A stretch of DNA of 63,760 bases, filler included, from Intoshia linei (lineage: Eukaryota > Animalia > Orthonectida): the NCBI GenBank assembly GCA_001642005.1. It is 5 parts of 5 records of this genome, joined end to end, with 100 filler letters (N's around TTAATTAATTAA, not from the genome) between each part and the next. Parts side by side here need not be neighbours in the genome. Positions count along the whole stretch, not along the records: positions 56,293 to 63,760 come from LWCA01001550.1; 4 more parts are not named here. One strand, given 5' to 3'. The position numbers were made by a program, and so were the translations under genes. The notes beneath the pieces are model-generated. The model made no database searches and was not told the DNA's origin. It saw only the letters and a list, made by a program, of their open reading frames with translations. Position 1 is the first letter of the stretch; every line of letters begins with the position of its first letter. Positions 62,481 through 63,760 of this stretch are shown here, piece by piece.

Positions 62481-63760
62481 ATTTAAATTATAAATTTAAA
62501 AAGAAAATACACCAATATATGTTAAACCAATTAAAGAACCCAAATCTATAATAACTACGCTGAAGGTGAGATTCCATGATATTAGATGATTTTAAAATCT
62601 TTATTAGATTGTGTATTTTTTATACTTATTAAAGTCGTTTGAATTTCCAAAAAAGGATAATTGGCGTTTTTGACCTTGAAAAACTTAATTTCTGAAAATT
62701 AAATTTTTGATAAAACATCACCCTGGAAAAATGTATTAAACATAGGTATTCTCAAAACTCCACACTTATTACTTTCAATGAATAAATGGTACCAGACAAA
62801 TAAATAAACAGACATACATTTTTAATTAAATTATTATGTGTTAATAATTATGTATTAAAGAATTACTATCATAAAAAATATATAAAAAATTATATTATAA
62901 CTACATAAAGCTGGTAAATAATAGATTAATTGTGTACAAAATTGTCTGTATTAATAGAATTTAATTTAAATATATTTTATAGCAAGTAAAATATAACTCT
63001 ATTTTAAAAATATTTTCGTACTGCCTTATATATTACTAATTACTAATATAACTAATATTACTAATATTCACTTCTTCATTTGTACATATATCTTTTAAGT
63101 TACATTATTTAATATGGTTATTAAGTTATTTATTTAATAAGCTTTTACGGAAAAATTTTGATTTGTTCTTTCACTTACATCGTTCCATGCACCACTAATC
63201 AAAATTAAAATATCTAATATTGTTACTTTTTAAGAGAATTTAATGTACTTTCCTGAGAAAAATCATCCTTAAGAGAAAAATCTTGTTCACTATTCGTTAT
63301 AAAAAAGATTCTCAATCTCGCATATTTTTTAATATTGGGGCTTTTTTTGTATGTAAAAGAGTACCATCAAAAAAATGCTAAAAAAGTACTTTTTCGAATT
63401 TTCATTATGAGAAGAGTTCATTATATGGAGTAATACTGTATTTATAACATTCTCAATTGTATAAATTTTGTATTTTTTATTTACGATAAGGTCACAATAA
63501 CAATTTTAGTATATCCAGTGATGAAATAATTTTAATATTTTTCTAAAATATAAAAATGTAGTTGAAATTGATGTATAATAATTAATTGAACACCATTTAA
63601 CCTCAGGGCAATCCGACTCTGATACAAACATACTAATATATGTTGATTTATAAATGATAATTTATGCAATTATAATAGTGTGTATTTCATTTTAATACTA
63701 TATTTATATAAATTATACATTTATTATTATTATCATTATTATGTATATTATATTATATAA

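Overview
Very AT-rich eukaryotic (metazoan) genomic DNA, not prokaryotic. It consists of five contigs joined by artificial 100-nt N44-TTAATTAATTAA-N44 linkers. Genes carry many ~35-40 nt GT-AG micro-introns with degenerate 5' sites, plus a few large introns filled with transposon debris. This style suggests a compact-genome parasite such as the orthonectid Intoshia (inference only). Genes reconstructed by eye: MECR(-) head-to-head with the mitochondrial SAM carrier SLC25A26(+); an unknown gene; a CXorf65/C22orf15-like gene; ARID2(-) head-to-head with RSBN1(+); a single-domain class IIb HDAC(-); ALYREF(-); SNAPIN(+); a coiled-coil gene; KANSL2/INO80D-like(+) tail-to-tail with INPP5E(-); and the 5' part of a pepsin-family aspartic protease(-). 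Mobile DNA comprises an abundant non-autonomous Helitron family, several hAT MITEs with 8-bp TSDs, piggyBac elements, two decayed hAT transposases and a gypsy RNase H remnant. The most intriguing items are a dense hairpin array inside the TE-free large ALYREF intron (candidate nested antisense ncRNA), an intronless 252-aa multi-TM orphan ORF nested in an INPP5E intron next to a Helitron 3' end, and the MECR/SLC25A26 divergent pair. Exon boundaries were read manually and may be off by a few bases.
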